A DNA stretch of 64,000 nt. Origin: Armatimonadota bacterium. GTDB taxonomy: Bacteria; Armatimonadota; UBA5829; DSUL01. The stretch spans positions 1-64,000 of the forward strand of contig JBDHZC010000006.1 in the NCBI GenBank assembly GCA_039811685.1. The letters are read 5' to 3'. The notes under the pieces are model-generated. The model saw only the letters and a program-made list of their open reading frames with translations. It had not been told where the DNA came from and made no database searches. The position numbers and the translations under genes were made by a program. Below, in pieces: positions 1 to 9,241 of the stretch. Position 1 is the first letter of the stretch; each line of letters begins with the position of its first letter.

Positions 1-1164
1 GGTTATATCTCCAAGACCGTGAGCTTCGAACCGGGAATTGGAACCAACACCGTCAACGTGTCACTCACGCCAGACCCCGGCTACCGGGCGACAATCGGAG
101 AAGCCAAGCAGGTCGCAGTGGACTCATCTGTCGCTGTAGCTGGCAAAGTCATCGCCGCAACATTCTCAAACAACGTAGCATACCTGGAAGAGCCGGACCG
201 TAGCGCGGCTATCAAGGTCACGCTGCCAACTCCGGACAGCGCTCTGCACAGCAAGCTGGGCAAGGTCGTGAATGTCAGTGGCGTGTTGAGAAGTGACCCG
301 ATGACTGGTGAGCTTTTCATCGAAGCCAGCGAATGGTTTGAACCGCCATCTGTGAATCGGATATTCCTTGAAGGCCTCCACATGAACGGCCGCACAGTGC
401 TGGATTCCTCCGCAGGCACGGATATCGTCGGCCTGGATGTGAAGGTTGTGGGAAGAGTGCTCAGCGTCACAAGCCCGAATGACTTCGTCATTGACGACGG
501 CGGTGGCAGTCTCACTGTAAAGGTCGAGCCGAGCGTAATTCTTGACTGGCCGTCGGTGGGTGACTTTGTGAGTGTCGAAGGCGTAGTCTCTCTGGACGGC
601 GCCACACCGCAGTCCGCCGTGCGCGTGATAAAGCCCTGGAACACCAACCAGCCGATCACGACGATCATCAGAAACGGAGGCTTTGAAGCCACTCCTAACC
701 ACATGGATCAGTGGGGGTGGATTGACCATACTGGAGGACTTGCAAGCATCACTTTGCAGCAGGACGTGGTTCACTCCGGCGGATGGGCTGCCAAGATCAC
801 CAGTACCGCCAGCGCGGGATATGACATCTACGCGCGGCTCTACCAGATCAAGGACGCAGAAGAGTATCAGGAGTACGAACTGTCGTCCTGGGTCAAGGCA
901 GAGAATCTACAACTGCCTACATACTGGGAAGATCAGGGGCAGTACAACTTCGCGCTCATGCTGCCCAGTGGAACTTACGACTGGATCAGAACGAATGTAA
1001 AGTTCAGATTCATCAGTAACCCTGTCTACCCGACCCTCCTGTTCCCGGGGATCACAATAGCTAACGCAGTGGATGCCCTTTACGTGGATGACGTAGAGAT
1101 CCGCTATGCGCGGGGGACAGTCAAAGTGGAAGAGCCTGCGCCTGTCTCTGTCTCGGCCTTCTGA
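1..1164 (+). CDS. 5'-truncated secreted-type protein with tandem OB-fold-like modules and a C-terminal CBM4/9-like carbohydrate-binding domain
   Basis: Frame is open from base 1 (GYISKTVSF...). OB-like segments (AYLEEPDRSAAIKV; VKVVGRV...FVIDDGGG...VGDFVSVEGVV) are followed by IRNGGFE...YELSSWVKAE...LYVDDVEI, typical of CBM4/9-like beta-sandwiches. Confidence 0.65.
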   Translation, partial: GYISKTVSFEPGIGTNTVNVSLTPDPGYRATIGEAKQVAVDSSVAVAGKVIAATFSNNVAYLEEPDRSAAIKVTLPTPDSALHSKLGKVVNVSGVLRSDPMTGELFIEASEWFEPPSVNRIFLEGLHMNGRTVLDSSAGTDIVGLDVKVVGRVLSVTSPNDFVIDDGGGSLTVKVEPSVILDWPSVGDFVSVEGVVSLDGATPQSAVRVIKPWNTNQPITTIIRNGGFEATPNHMDQWGWIDHTGGLASITLQQDVVHSGGWAAKITSTASAGYDIYARLYQIKDAEEYQEYELSSWVKAENLQLPTYWEDQGQYNFALMLPSGTYDWIRTNVKFRFISNPVYPTLLFPGITIANAVDALYVDDVEIRYARGTVKVEEPAPVSVSAF

Positions 1165-1216
1165 GAGGGCAGTCAACAGTCGTCTGAAGGGTCACATTAC
1201 CTTCAGAGAGTAATCC

Positions 1217-1255
1217 AAACCCGCCGCCGATGTACAACTCGGCGGCGGGTTTTTT
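1217..1255 (+). terminator. Rho-independent terminator
   Basis: Perfect stem AAACCCGCCGCCGA / TCGGCGGCGGGTTT with an 8-nt loop and a T-tract, between convergent genes. Confidence 0.9.
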
Positions 1256-1356
1256 GTACAGTAGCTACAACATTCCTCAGGCGTCGTGAAACAGGACCGG
1301 ATGACGCCAAACCGGCCTAATCGGCAGACAGGGGACCGCGCTTGCGCTGCGAGCCG

Positions 1357-2286
1357 TCAGAAGTTATTAACGAGCCCGTGGTGTGCCCGCAATGACCCGT
1401 CCGCCTCGACAAAAGCCATATACCCCGCATGCGTAACAACTCCGTATTCCGGCCGGTGCCCATCTGCCACCAGCGTGTGGTTCAGCAGGTGCGCGAGCCA
1501 GCCAATGCTCCGCTCACCAAACGCTTCCAAATGCAACCGTACAAGCTCCGCACGGACGGCATCATCCAGAGACCCCCAACAGCACTCTGTGACGAGCAAA
1601 GGTTTGCGTTTTTGGTGGGCGAACTCAACTACGGTGTCCAGCATACGCCCAAACTCGACAACGCCCGATGCGTGGGTAAGATACGGATGAATCATGAGAA
1701 CGTCACTGAAAGGCTCCACGCGCTCCAACTCAGAGCCCCACCCTGTCACACTGATGCCGACAGGAGCCAAAGGTTGCAGCTCCGCCACTTCTTCTCGGAT
1801 AAAACTCAGCCACTTTGTCGTGTTTTCAAACTCAGCACAGTTGAACGGTTCGTTGCACAAATCCCATGCGATCACGCGCTCATCGGTAGCCAGATGACCC
1901 ACAGCATCTCTGACAAACCCGCTGTAGAACGCGCCAAAGTGTGCCTGGTTGCCGGCAAAAAGGGACATGTGCTCCGGCGTGATTCCGCCGAAGTCCGGAA
2001 AGCTATGCCAGCCGTTGAATAGCGTCACAACTGCCTGCAGACCACAGCGATGCAAAATGCCCAGTAGAGTCTCGAGATTTGCGACGGCGCCCGGGTCAAT
2101 CAGCCATGCGTCGAATGAGAGCCACACACGGATTGTATTGATATGAGGGAAGAGCTCTTTTCCGCGAGCGATCTCTCTTTCGATGTGGTCCGCGCGGAAA
2201 TCTCGCCAGATGTCCACACCCGTAGCCCCGTAGCCCGGCTGATAGTTGAATCCCTTGACCGATGCGAACACAGAGTCTGTTGACAC
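1357..2286 (-). CDS. Clan GH-A glycoside hydrolase (GH5/cellulase-like), no obvious signal peptide
   Basis: KGFNYQP, NTIRVWL, acid/base motif WDLCNEP, HPY, nucleophile-type LLVTEC. AGGAGG precedes GTG at 2286. Confidence 0.8.
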   Translation of the reverse strand: MSTDSVFASVKGFNYQPGYGATGVDIWRDFRADHIEREIARGKELFPHINTIRVWLSFDAWLIDPGAVANLETLLGILHRCGLQAVVTLFNGWHSFPDFGGITPEHMSLFAGNQAHFGAFYSGFVRDAVGHLATDERVIAWDLCNEPFNCAEFENTTKWLSFIREEVAELQPLAPVGISVTGWGSELERVEPFSDVLMIHPYLTHASGVVEFGRMLDTVVEFAHQKRKPLLVTECCWGSLDDAVRAELVRLHLEAFGERSIGWLAHLLNHTLVADGHRPEYGVVTHAGYMAFVEADGSLRAHHGLVNNF

Positions 2287-2597
2287 GCTTAAGTCCTCCT
2301 GTTCCCGTGTTTGTCTCCTAGAGTTACGACAGAGCCACATCGACTCCTCTCGAAAGGCGCGTAAGACAGAGCGCGTTCTTCACTGGTCCGGGATACCCGG
2401 CTGGGATCGCAAGGCTCAGACAGACACCTGTTGCGAACGGTATAGCGGACAAGGCAAGTCCATAAGAAGCGCGCAGAAAGTTGGAGGAGCGCATATGCGC
2501 GATCGCTGAAAGAGATGAGGTGTCCCGGGCGTCCATACAGTGCTGCACATTGGCGCGCCAGCTTTCCCAGAATCTCACAAACGCGGGAAAAATGGGT

Positions 2598-2632
2598 TAT
2601 AATTAGTTGCCACTGAGTGGCACATGAATAGC
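2598..2632 (+). promoter_or_regulatory. Putative promoter/operator: TATAAT, palindrome TGCCACT-g-AGTGGCA and an overlapping sigma54-like GG-N10-GC element
   Basis: TATAAT 2598-2603; inverted repeat 2608-2622; TGGCACatgaaTAGC 2618-2632. Lies in the divergent GH5/prepilin intergenic region. Confidence 0.4.
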
Positions 2633-2864
2633 GTCTATGCAGAAGGCGCCGTCGCCCGGAGTTCAGATTCGCGGCCGCCAGGAGGAGGCTCTGGCGGTAT
2701 ATTCAACGGTGCGCGAGTCTGACTGGCTATCGAAAAGCGCTCGAACGTGCCACTCGGGTTCGTCGGGCACGGAGGTTTCTCTTTTCGTGGCGAAGAGAGG
2801 AGTCTTCACCAAAGACCGTCTGAAGGGATCTTCCGCTTTGGACATGGAGACGCGTGTAGACAAA

Positions 2865-3674
2865 ATGATCAAGCCCAGAAACGGCTTCACACTGATTGAA
2901 CTCCTGGTTGTCATCGCCATTATCGCGATTCTGGCCGCCATTCTCTTTCCTGTGTTTGCGAGGGCGAAAGAGAGCGCGCAACGCTCCTCCTGCTCCTCCA
3001 ATCTTCGGCAAATCGGCCTTGCGTTTATGCAGTACACTCAAGACAACGGTGGCCGGCTGCCCTATGGAAAGATCAATGACGCCAACGGGAATGCAATCGC
3101 TGAGACCAAATGGCATATCAGCGTGCAACCATACATGAGGACTGCTCAAATCCTCCGCTGTCCGAGCGATCCTAAGAGCACAGGACCGCTGCCCAACATT
3201 AACGATATTGCAGGCCTTTCCGCAATGAAGGTCTCCTACGCGGAAAACGGATTTCTGGCAAAAGACCCCAAGCCGGACGGTGATCCGGAGCACTCTCCGT
3301 GGGATTTGCCTGATGTAATGTCCCGCAGCCTTTCCGGTATCCAGTCTTCTTCAAGTGTTATCCTGCTGGCTGAATCAGCCACGGGAGGCAACTACATCCA
3401 TGCGCATCACTGGGGTGTGCCGTCTGTTTACAGCAATGGTGGACCTTATCAGAATCCGTATAGTGGAAAATGGGGGGCTGATCCTGATCCGAAGGTGTTC
3501 GCAAAAGACCTGGCGGCTGTCCGTCATTCCGGTGGCTTCAATGCAACCTTCGCCGACGGACACGCCAAGTGGATGAAATTCGAGCAAACCTACCACGTTG
3601 ACTCCAGAGTGAACCCGGCCATCAAGGGCATGTGGGACCCTCGATACGTGGGGAGCAGCACTTCTGGCCTATGA
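2865..3674 (+). CDS. Prepilin-type N-methylation domain protein with H-X9-DG motif (DUF1559-like)
   Basis: [46 protein letters not shown] and C-terminal [17 protein letters not shown]. Alternative start 2844. Confidence 0.9.
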   Translation: MIKPRNGFTLIELLVVIAIIAILAAILFPVFARAKESAQRSSCSSNLRQIGLAFMQYTQDNGGRLPYGKINDANGNAIAETKWHISVQPYMRTAQILRCPSDPKSTGPLPNINDIAGLSAMKVSYAENGFLAKDPKPDGDPEHSPWDLPDVMSRSLSGIQSSSSVILLAESATGGNYIHAHHWGVPSVYSNGGPYQNPYSGKWGADPDPKVFAKDLAAVRHSGGFNATFADGHAKWMKFEQTYHVDSRVNPAIKGMWDPRYVGSSTSGL

Positions 3675-3741
3675 AAGTGTCGCCCGAGTCAGAAGAGCGC
3701 GATTACGGTGCGACCACAGGCCAGGGCGGGCAGGATGCGCG

Positions 3742-3780
3742 GGCTTGCGGCCCCGGGTTCTCTACCGGAAGCCGCAAGCC
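3742..3780. terminator. GC-rich hairpin between convergent genes, possible terminator
   Basis: GGCTTGCGGC (3742-3751) pairs with GCCGCAAGCC (3771-3780); no strong adjacent T-tract. Confidence 0.45.
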
Positions 3781-3851
3781 TGAATCCGTTGTTTTCCTCT
3801 CTCGGCAAAGGAGGCTGGCGCTCGCTCTGAGGGCGCGCTGCGCGTCCAGTG

Positions 3852-5867
3852 CTAGTTTATCTGGAAGCAGTCAACGCCCATGAAGTAGTTCGACGATTTT
3901 TCGTTCTTGCCGATGATCTTCGCCTTGATGGCGTGGCCCCCTGCCGACAGAAAAATCTTCTTGGACCCGAGTTGTCTCCGGCCAGAGGGCGCCACCAGTT
4001 CTCCATAGCCATCAAACACTGTACTGGTAGATTTGCCGTCCAGGTAGAATTTTACTATTCCAAAGTCCGGCGCGTGGCTCATATAGGCGGCAATATTGTA
4101 GTAGCCAGACTGGGCTACAGTGAACACAAAGCTGATCTCACCTGTGCTACTGCAGCCTCCAAATATCTGCCTGCCGTTACTCCAGTTGCTTTCTCCCCAC
4201 TGCGTCATCCACTGGACGCCGAACGGACATCCAACGTGAGTTGTGAAGATCATATCCTCGGCCTCCATTATGCCTGACCCGAACGGCGCGTTTCTTTGAG
4301 ATGGCATCTTGTTGCCCAATCGCCAGCCAAGAGTCCAATGCATCCGTTTTTTCTGCAGCGGTGAGAGCGTATCCGCATCTTTATAGTACGACATGAGATT
4401 GTCTCGCGGCAGTTGAAACGTGACACCTCCAAGCGTGACACTGCTCGTAGACCCACACTCAAGTGTTCGAATTCCCGGATCGGGGAGTGTATCCGGCAGG
4501 CTGTCACCATCGAAGATGGCCGGGTTGCTGCCGTGGCTGGTAAAGTACTGACCCGCCGCGTTTGCATCTGGAAATGGATCCGTGGGGAAGGTGTGCCAGA
4601 GCCCCAGATAGTGGCCTATTTCGTGTGCAAAAAGGCTGGTGTTCAGCGTTCCGCAGTGCAGTGTGTTATATGCCGGCATGGCTACAAAGCTGAGATCCCA
4701 CCAGGAGAATCCGCCTGCCGCCTGCCGCACAAACACCACCAGCTTGCCACTGTGGAAAAGGGAAGCTACAACATTCGCCAGGCCGCTTGACTGCGCCCAG
4801 TCAGGGTCATTACTTCCAGACATATTGTTTAGCAGCGTGCTCTTGAAGTCAGAGAAGTCGCTCGCAGGATCGTAGAGCAGCGTCAGATTTGACTGTGCGA
4901 ATATCTCGTTGGCGCGAGTGACCCAGTTTGCGGCCTGGCTCGGGGTAATGCCCGCCGGGCGCCCACCATCGTCATCACTCACACGCACGAAATGCACTGG
5001 TATCTTGGTTGTCCAGTGCCACTTTGTCCACCACGATTTAGATTTTATCGAAGGATAAATCAGTCCGCCCGAACCGTAATACGAACCAACACCGGTCACA
5101 GTCACGTAAGCGCCTATGGGCGGGAGCGGACCTTCGTCCACAAAAATGCGGACTCCCGGATTACCTTCCGGATCGCGCAGCCCGTCAACCAACCACGCTG
5201 AACCGTCCGAGATGGTCATCGAGCCCCCATCTGGGGAGACGGACGTAACGGTTCCAGCCGTGGTAACCAGCACGCCTGGCGATCCGAGTCCCGCGCCACC
5301 TTGCACTGCCGGGTGCGAATAGCGCCCGAACGGCAGAACTGGAGAGCTCGACCCGGCCAGCCCACGGTTACCCAGAACGACCGGAGCAACCGGAAATATT
5401 CCCAGTGCCGACCCGCTGGTCGCCTCGATAGTCAACTCACCTTCCTCGCTGGTACCTATCGTGCCGCGGATGGCGACCCGCTCATCCTGCACAAATGTGT
5501 GACCGGGATAGTTCACCCGTACGCCCCAGTAGCCGTCTTCGCTCTGACCGAAAAAGTAATCTGGAAAAGCCGCAATGACTACCAGAGTCACAGATATGGT
5601 CTCGCCAGACGCTATCTGGACACCGCTGTTAGCTGCGCGCGGTGGCGCGTTGTAAGGATACTCACGGCCGACTGGGGCTGGAATGACCGGTATCTTTGAC
5701 CCGACGGGAGGTTTCAGTTCCCGCGCCGCCCGAGGCAGATTCTGTACCCGGCATACCCCGCAGAATGCACCACCGAGGTCAGGTTGTGCGTACGTTACAG
5801 GCACGGCCAGAGGTGTCATAACACTCCCGGCAAGCCCCATCAGACAATATGAACGCATCCACTTCAT
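3852..5867 (-). CDS. Secreted zinc metalloprotease (M43/pappalysin-like) with twin OB-fold modules and a C-terminal CBM-like beta-sandwich
   Basis: Metzincin motif HEIGHYLGLWHTF, Met-turn NLMSY, IPVHFVRV...ANEIFAQ start of the catalytic domain, N-terminal signal-like segment. Confidence 0.8.
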   Translation of the reverse strand: MKWMRSYCLMGLAGSVMTPLAVPVTYAQPDLGGAFCGVCRVQNLPRAARELKPPVGSKIPVIPAPVGREYPYNAPPRAANSGVQIASGETISVTLVVIAAFPDYFFGQSEDGYWGVRVNYPGHTFVQDERVAIRGTIGTSEEGELTIEATSGSALGIFPVAPVVLGNRGLAGSSSPVLPFGRYSHPAVQGGAGLGSPGVLVTTAGTVTSVSPDGGSMTISDGSAWLVDGLRDPEGNPGVRIFVDEGPLPPIGAYVTVTGVGSYYGSGGLIYPSIKSKSWWTKWHWTTKIPVHFVRVSDDDGGRPAGITPSQAANWVTRANEIFAQSNLTLLYDPASDFSDFKSTLLNNMSGSNDPDWAQSSGLANVVASLFHSGKLVVFVRQAAGGFSWWDLSFVAMPAYNTLHCGTLNTSLFAHEIGHYLGLWHTFPTDPFPDANAAGQYFTSHGSNPAIFDGDSLPDTLPDPGIRTLECGSTSSVTLGGVTFQLPRDNLMSYYKDADTLSPLQKKRMHWTLGWRLGNKMPSQRNAPFGSGIMEAEDMIFTTHVGCPFGVQWMTQWGESNWSNGRQIFGGCSSTGEISFVFTVAQSGYYNIAAYMSHAPDFGIVKFYLDGKSTSTVFDGYGELVAPSGRRQLGSKKIFLSAGGHAIKAKIIGKNEKSSNYFMGVDCFQIN

Positions 5868-6292
5868 TGTAGGATCTCCGCTCCGTCTAATCTCCTTCTC
5901 AAGAGCAATGTTTATTGAGAATCAATTTCTGTATTCAGTGTAACACTCCGTGGGGATCGTGTAAAGAAAAATTGTCTGGACCTGTCTGTGCACTACCGCT
6001 GCGTCCACCGGCATAGCGGAAGTAGAAGGTCCTCTTGCAGGCCGCGGCAATGGAGGTTAGTCACGAAAACAATCTACGAGGCGTCGAGGAGGGCGCGACG
6101 GGCCTTGGCAGTTCTCTAGAGTGTCATCGCGAGCGCATATCGGCGACCGTGTAGTTTTTCAGGAGCGCTTGAATGGACGTTTCCCTGCGTGTTATACTCC
6201 GGCGACGCCTGGATTGTTTGCCAGCAGGCGGCAAGATACATTGCGGCAGAGTAAAGACCGAACCCGTCGCAAACCGAACTCATGGCTAAAGT

Positions 6293-7027
6293 ATGGAGAA
6301 ACAGGCAGCTATCTTGCGTCGGTTGAACCTGAGAGAGAGACTTAAGAACCTGGCGCCGGAGCCCGCGTTGGTGACCTTCCGCTGGCTGCGACAGATCATA
6401 TTGCCGGGACGTATGCGCGCCAGGCGCTTTACAGACATCTATCGGACAAACGCCTGGCAGGATGAACAGTCCGCATCCGGATCGGGATCCAACCTCGAAC
6501 AGACACAGATTCTGCGGGCGGAGCTTCCGGAGTTACTGCGGCGCTTTAGCGTCCGATCTTTGCTTGATGCGCCATGTGGAGACCTGTACTGGGTGTCTCA
6601 GGCTGATCTTCCCCTGGAGCGCTACATCGGAGCGGACATCGTCCCTGAGCTGATTCAGCGCCACCAGAGGAAATTTGACCGTCCCGACTGGTCGTTCCTC
6701 GTGGCAGATATAACAAAGGACGACCTTCCACAGGTGGACGCTGTTATGTGCCGCGACTGTCTCGTCCATCTGAGCTTCAAGGACGCCCTGGCGGCCATTC
6801 GGAATCTGAAGAGCAGCGGTTCAGAATATCTCTTGACCACCCATTTTATCACCAGAGACACAAACAAAGACATCGAAACGGGCGACTGGCGCCCGCTGAA
6901 TCTTACGCTCCCTCCCTTCCGATTTCCAGAGCCGCTTGCGCTTATCAACGAACAGTGCACAGAACTTGGGGGAATCTACAGTGACAAGTGTATGGCGCTG
7001 TGGCGGATTCAGGACCTGCCGGACTAG
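6293..7027 (+). CDS. Class I SAM-dependent methyltransferase
   Basis: SGSGS, LLDAPCGD, YIGADIV, DITKDDLP, CRDCLVHL. Confidence 0.8.
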   Translation: MEKQAAILRRLNLRERLKNLAPEPALVTFRWLRQIILPGRMRARRFTDIYRTNAWQDEQSASGSGSNLEQTQILRAELPELLRRFSVRSLLDAPCGDLYWVSQADLPLERYIGADIVPELIQRHQRKFDRPDWSFLVADITKDDLPQVDAVMCRDCLVHLSFKDALAAIRNLKSSGSEYLLTTHFITRDTNKDIETGDWRPLNLTLPPFRFPEPLALINEQCTELGGIYSDKCMALWRIQDLPD

Positions 7028-7079
7028 ACGGATTTAAAGCCCCGCCCGGCGCGCACTTACCATCGGCCCAACACCCTGA

Positions 7080-8198
7080 TCATCCGCTCGTTTGGGACTC
7101 CGGAATAGATGCGTAGAGCGCCACGTCCCCGCCAAAGCGTCTCGTGCGCAGGATTTGCGCTGTAGGAACAAGCGCCAGAGGAGTGGCGCTCTCGCCTCCA
7201 AGCGGCCCCGGCGCGCTCTGCCCACCGATGAGCTTGCCGGAGACAAAGCAGACGACTTCGTTGATCAACTGCGCATCGAGCAGAGCACGGGCAAGAGCCG
7301 GACCACTCTCCAGCAGCATCTCCCGAATATCGTAATCGGCCGCCAGCATGCGCAGAGCGTCCTCGACGTCAACACGCTCCTCGCCAGACTCAATCACTTC
7401 AGCGCCGCAGCTTCGAATCCGTTGTCTGTCTTCGAGTTCGCACTGCTTCGACACAAAGACAATGACAGGTCCACCGGGACTGTTGAGGAGCTTTGACGCC
7501 GATGGCAACCGCCCGCGACTGTCAAAGACAACACGCATCGGATGGTGCGCCGGGCGCACGTGGCGCACGGTGAGTTCGGGATCATCCGCAAGAACCGTAG
7601 AGACTCCGACAAGCACGGCGTCAGCGCTGCGGCGCATACGGTGTACTTCGCGCCGCGATTCCTCCCCGCTAATCCAGCGGGACTCACCAGACGCTGTCGC
7701 AATCTTGCCGTCCAGAGACATGGCGTACTTCCAGGTTACAAAAGGCAGATGGGTTTGCATGTAGCGCGAGTGACCCGCTATGAGGCGCTGGGCTTCCTCG
7801 GCTCTCACTCCTTCGGTCACAGCAACTCCTGCGTCGCGGAGCTGAGACAAGCCCTGACCCGAAACGACCGGGTTGGCGTCTTTGCACCCGACCACGACGC
7901 GTGACACGCCCGCCGAAAGAATGGCACGTGTGCACGGCGGCGTGCGACCCACATGACAGCATGGCTCGAGCGTTACATAGAGTGTAGCGCCGCGCGCCTT
8001 TTCTGCGGCTTCCGCAAGCGCAAATACCTCGGCATGCGGCCCGCCTGTCTGCAGGTGCCGCCCGCGTCCGACTACCTGCCCGTCCTTTACTGCGATAGCG
8101 CCGACCCGGGGGTTCGGACTCGGCCAGGTGGCAGAGGCCAACCGCAGAGCTTCGGCCATGTAGCGTCTGTCCTCAGACGCCTGCGCCAGGTCAATCAT
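7080..8198 (-). CDS. ribD: Bifunctional riboflavin deaminase/reductase
   Basis: SPNPRVGA, HAE, TLEPCCH, SLDGKIA, DDPELTVR. Confidence 0.96.
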   Translation of the reverse strand: MIDLAQASEDRRYMAEALRLASATWPSPNPRVGAIAVKDGQVVGRGRHLQTGGPHAEVFALAEAAEKARGATLYVTLEPCCHVGRTPPCTRAILSAGVSRVVVGCKDANPVVSGQGLSQLRDAGVAVTEGVRAEEAQRLIAGHSRYMQTHLPFVTWKYAMSLDGKIATASGESRWISGEESRREVHRMRRSADAVLVGVSTVLADDPELTVRHVRPAHHPMRVVFDSRGRLPSASKLLNSPGGPVIVFVSKQCELEDRQRIRSCGAEVIESGEERVDVEDALRMLAADYDIREMLLESGPALARALLDAQLINEVVCFVSGKLIGGQSAPGPLGGESATPLALVPTAQILRTRRFGGDVALYASIPESQTSG

Positions 8199-8559
8199 CT
8201 CGCTGTCCAGATCCGGAGTGGTTATGCGGTCCGAGCAGGTTGTTCCGGCGCTCCACTACGTAGTTAATCAACACACCGCGCACATCCAGAATAGCGACAA
8301 TCATAATGAGAAAGGCTAGGAACAGACACAAAGACCAGTAGAGAATCTGCACGAGTGGATCCATATCGGCGATAAAGTAAGTGCCTGCGAGAATCATCCC
8401 GATCAGCATCAGAAAGAGCACAGCTATCAAGACGCGCAGTTTGATCTGCTGCTGACCGACCAGAGAGCGCCTGGGGTTCCTGCGCCGCACGACTTCGGTG
8501 ACAAGAGCTGCGAGAATAGCCGCAAACGCCAGTACAAGCAGAATTCGAAGCGCGCTCAC
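8191..8559 (-). CDS. Small hypothetical membrane protein (3 TM segments)
   Basis: Three hydrophobic stretches; tightly coupled between rpe and ribD. Confidence 0.7.
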   Translation of the reverse strand: MSALRILLVLAFAAILAALVTEVVRRRNPRRSLVGQQQIKLRVLIAVLFLMLIGMILAGTYFIADMDPLVQILYWSLCLFLAFLIMIVAILDVRGVLINYVVERRNNLLGPHNHSGSGQRDD

Positions 8560-8563
8560 AGAC

Positions 8564-9241
8564 CTAGACCCGAACGCTGGGCGCGCTGACGCTGAGCATC
8601 AACTCGTTGAGATTGTGCGCCACCGTGCCAGATTTGTTAAAGACACTGGAGCCGGCTATCAGCAGATCAGCGCCCGCCTCCACTGTGGCGGCGGCAGTTC
8701 TGGCGTTGATCCCTCCGTCCACCCCCAGGGCAATGTTGCGTCCAGACATACGGACCATCTCCCGTGCCCGCGCGATTTTCGGAAGCATCTCTGGAATGAA
8801 CACCTGTCCACCGAAGCCGGGATTCACCGTCATGATGAGAACACTGTCCAGATCTGTCATCACGTACTCCAGGGTCTCCAGCCCTGTGGACGGGTTCAAG
8901 GCGACTCCTGCCTCTTTGTTGAGATCGTGAATTTGCTGGAGCAGACGGTGCAGATGAGGACTGATCTCCGGATGGACCAAGATACGGTCCGCGCCAGCCG
9001 CGGCAAAAGCCTGAATGTAGTTCGCCGCATCCTGGATCATGAGATGGACTTCGAAGAAAAGAGAGGTGATGGGACGCAGCGCCTCTACCACCAGGGGCCC
9101 GAAGCTGATGTTCGGGACAAAGTGCCCGTCCATGACATCCAGATGCAGCACATCCGCCCCCGCGTCCTCGGCTTCGCGCACCTGCTCACCCAGTCGCGTA
9201 AAATCGGCTGCAAGAAGGGAAGGGGCATACTTTACGTTCAT
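8564..9241 (-). CDS. rpe: Ribulose-phosphate 3-epimerase
   Basis: APSLLAADF, HLDVMDGHFVPN, MTVNPGFGGQ, VDGGIN. Confidence 0.97.
   Translation of the reverse strand: MNVKYAPSLLAADFTRLGEQVREAEDAGADVLHLDVMDGHFVPNISFGPLVVEALRPITSLFFEVHLMIQDAANYIQAFAAAGADRILVHPEISPHLHRLLQQIHDLNKEAGVALNPSTGLETLEYVMTDLDSVLIMTVNPGFGGQVFIPEMLPKIARAREMVRMSGRNIALGVDGGINARTAAATVEAGADLLIAGSSVFNKSGTVAHNLNELMLSVSAPSVRV

Noticed and set aside
2637..2864. N-terminal extension of the prepilin ORF (likewise the long starts given for aroC, metH, trxB, mqnD, def and the site-2 protease)
   Set aside because: Family homology and RBS position point to downstream starts.
5884..5890. Additional CGTCTAA boxes (also 39924-39930)
   Set aside because: Opposite orientation to the adjacent gene and no GAAC at 17-nt spacing.
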